NCBI GenBank assembly: GCA_965216355.1
Contig: CBDCFR010000012.1
Span: 1,017,065-1,081,064, forward strand
Reading direction: 5' to 3'
DNA length: 64,000 nucleotides
From: Acidimicrobiales bacterium
GTDB taxonomy: Bacteria > Actinomycetota > Acidimicrobiia > Acidimicrobiales > SZUA-35
Shown here: one piece after another, positions 62,216 through 64,000 of the stretch
How the letters are laid out: each line of letters begins with the position of its first letter
Position numbering within the stretch: the first letter of the stretch is position 1
Translations under genes and position numbers: made by a program
Notes under the pieces: generated by a model
Database searches by the model: none
Told to the model about the DNA's origin: nothing
The model's input: the letters and a program-made list of their open reading frames with translations, nothing else

Positions 62216-63304
62216 ATGGCGAATGAGCAACAGGTGCAGTTTCTGCTGGCCCAAGGGCCCGATGAATGGAACCGATGGCTCGACGAGAATCCGGATCCCA
62301 ACCTCGACTTGAGTGGGGCCGATCTGAGTGGGGCGACGCTCGCCGGAATCGATCTGATGGCGGGCAACCTTCGGGGCGCAAACCTCACCGGTGCTGACCT
62401 GCAGGGAGCCAACTTGGTTGGGGCTTCGCTGGCCGATGTCGACATGCCGCAAGTGAATCTGAGCGGGGCCGATCTCACCCAGGCCGACCTCTCGATAGCC
62501 GATCTGACCGCGGCCGACCTGCGGGGAACGAACCTGTCGGCGGCCGATCTGAACCTGGCCGACTTCACCGACGCCAACCTGGCCGGCGCTGATCTGCGCG
62601 ACGCCAATCTGGTTGAGGCCGATTTTGAACGGGCCGACCTACAGCAGGCGACCCTTCACGGAGCTGATCTGCGTCATGCGAAACTCACCGGTGCTCGCCT
62701 CGCCGGAGCACAACTGGGTTCAGTGGATTTGAGAGATGTCGATCTCGATTCGGTGGATCTCAGCGGTGCACACCTGCGGGGCGCGGATCTCTCCGAGGCC
62801 CAGGTTCCCGGTGTGGATCTGCGAAACGCCGACCTCAGCGGCGCGAACCTCGGTGGTGCTGATCTGCCACAGGCAAAACTCGACGGCGCCGCTCTGGTTG
62901 ATGGCGAGCTCCATCTGGTCAACTTGAGCGGCGCCGAACTCACGGCTGCCGATATGCGGCGGGCCGACCTGCGGCAGGCCGTGCTCGCCGAAGCAGACTT
63001 ATCGACGGCGAAGCTGGTGGACGCCAATCTAAGCCTCGCCGATCTGAGCGGTGCTGTATTGGATGGGGCGGATCTCAGCAACGCCTATCTGCGTGAGACC
63101 AACCTTCGGTCGGCGAGCCTCGTCGGAGCGAAGTTGAACGGCGCTTCGCTGTTTGGGGCCGATCTGCGAGGGGCGAACTTGGCCGGGGCCGACCTGGAGG
63201 AGGTCGGTTTGAAAGGTACCAACCTGGCCGGGGCCACCGCCAACCTCCGCACGCAGTGGCCGGCCGGCTTCGAACCAGCCGAAGCCGGCGTGTTGACCCG
63301 CTAA
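62216..63304 (+). CDS. Pentapeptide-repeat protein (~60 A(D/N)LxX units)
   Basis: Continuous repeats ADLSGATLAGIDLMAGNLRGANLTGADLQGANLVGASLADVDM... The N-terminal cap is EWNRWLDENPDPNLDLSGADL. ATG 62216; the ORF opens at TTG 62165. Confidence 0.9.
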   Translation: MANEQQVQFLLAQGPDEWNRWLDENPDPNLDLSGADLSGATLAGIDLMAGNLRGANLTGADLQGANLVGASLADVDMPQVNLSGADLTQADLSIADLTAADLRGTNLSAADLNLADFTDANLAGADLRDANLVEADFERADLQQATLHGADLRHAKLTGARLAGAQLGSVDLRDVDLDSVDLSGAHLRGADLSEAQVPGVDLRNADLSGANLGGADLPQAKLDGAALVDGELHLVNLSGAELTAADMRRADLRQAVLAEADLSTAKLVDANLSLADLSGAVLDGADLSNAYLRETNLRSASLVGAKLNGASLFGADLRGANLAGADLEEVGLKGTNLAGATANLRTQWPAGFEPAEAGVLTR

Positions 63305-63400
63305 ACCACAGTCAACCGGCGAGATGTGACTCGCGCCACATTGGTAAACCTTCCAGGGTCCCCCGCTTGTGTGATGGGTGTGTATGCGAGAATCGAGCCT

Positions 63401-63910
63401 ATGACTGACCCAATGGTCGGAACCACCATGGCCGTCGCCCACGACTTCGATGCCTTCTATCGCCGGGAACTTCCGGCGATGGTGGCGCTGGCCGGAGCCA
63501 TAACCGGTAGCAACATCGTGGCGGAGGACCTGGCCCAGGAGGCCTTGGTCCGCGCCTATAAGCAGTGGGACAAGATCGGCCACTACGACAAACCCGGCGC
63601 CTGGCTTCGTCGGGTCACCATCAACCTGGCCCTGTCGAACCGTAAGCGTCTCGGCGCTGAGTTAAGGGCCAAGCTGCGGCTGTCCGAGGCCCCGTCGACC
63701 CTCGCCACCGATACCCGGTTCGACGACGTGTGGGAGGCCGTGGCCAAGTTGCCCGGCAAACAACGAGCCGCCGTTGCCCTCCATTACCTGGAGGATCGCT
63801 CGGTGGCCGACATCGCCATCATGCTCGATTGCTCGGAATCAACCGCCAAAGTCCACCTCCACCGAGGCCGCACTCAACTGGCCTCGCTTCTTGAAGGGAG
63901 CCGGATATGA
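63401..63910 (+). CDS. ECF-type RNA polymerase sigma factor
   Basis: Region 2 DLAQEALVRAYKQWDKIGHYDKPGAWLRRVTINLALSNRKR and region 4 LPGKQRAAVALHYLEDRSVADIAIMLDCSESTAKVHLHRGRTQL. ATG 63401 (MTDPMVG); the ORF opens at 63326. Confidence 0.88.
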   Translation: MTDPMVGTTMAVAHDFDAFYRRELPAMVALAGAITGSNIVAEDLAQEALVRAYKQWDKIGHYDKPGAWLRRVTINLALSNRKRLGAELRAKLRLSEAPSTLATDTRFDDVWEAVAKLPGKQRAAVALHYLEDRSVADIAIMLDCSESTAKVHLHRGRTQLASLLEGSRI

Positions 63911-64000
63911 GCTCTGAGAACGCAACCGATATCAGTAATCATGAAGAACGAATCACCGAAGCATTTGGTGACCTCGCCCGTCGGGCCAACGCCGTCGACG
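63907..64000 (+). CDS. Partial ORF (5' end only), position suggests an anti-sigma factor
   Basis: ATGA overlap with the sigma gene stop. It reads MSSENATDISNHEERITEAFGDLARRANAVD and continues off the window. The call rests on position only. Confidence 0.4.
   Translation, partial: MSSENATDISNHEERITEAFGDLARRANAVD

Overview
High-GC (by eye about 60-67%), densely coding chromosomal segment with actinobacterial-style gene content; the taxon is an inference. I can support about 38 protein-coding genes. I found no rRNA or tRNA genes, no CRISPR array and no transposase or integrase. Left to right: (1) a minus-strand trio of a helical hypothetical protein, a signal-less S8 subtilase carrying six perfect FSFANP hexapeptide repeats, and a TPR protein that runs off the window. 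(2) An MsbA-type ABC exporter, a GNAT and a DUF222/HNH endonuclease. (3) A translationally coupled metabolic operon: amidase, two partial family-III CoA-transferase genes and an orphan form-II CoxL-like molybdopterin dehydrogenase. (4) A 2049-aa protein with an N-terminal membrane-anchored HD-GYP domain fused to about 14 cadherin/Ig-like domains and a lamin-tail domain, next to a GH16-like protein with a degenerate catalytic motif, a GH5 and an M16 lipoprotein peptidase. (5) pheA, an MBL hydrolase, ECF sigma/anti-sigma module 1 and Lhr helicase. (6) A sugar locus (two ABC permeases, a binding protein, a GH2 and an ArsR-type regulator) preceded by twin GAATATATTC palindromes. (7) A Pro-rich Cys-rich membrane protein, then a coupled SDR-SNF2-SWIM operon and a DUF2339-like membrane protein. 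(8) A polymorphic-toxin locus on the minus strand: a 2.85-kaa secreted RHS protein whose tip after PxxxxDPxGL is a GIY-YIG (URI) nuclease, an LRR protein starting 7 nt downstream (putative immunity), then ECF sigma/anti-sigma module 2 and a propeller-like protein. (9) A divergent pentapeptide-repeat protein and ECF module 3. The candidates I rank highest for something undescribed are the S8/FSFANP/TPR cluster, the HD-GYP-adhesin fusion and the RHS-GIY-YIG/LRR pair. All family calls come from motif recognition by eye; no searches were run.
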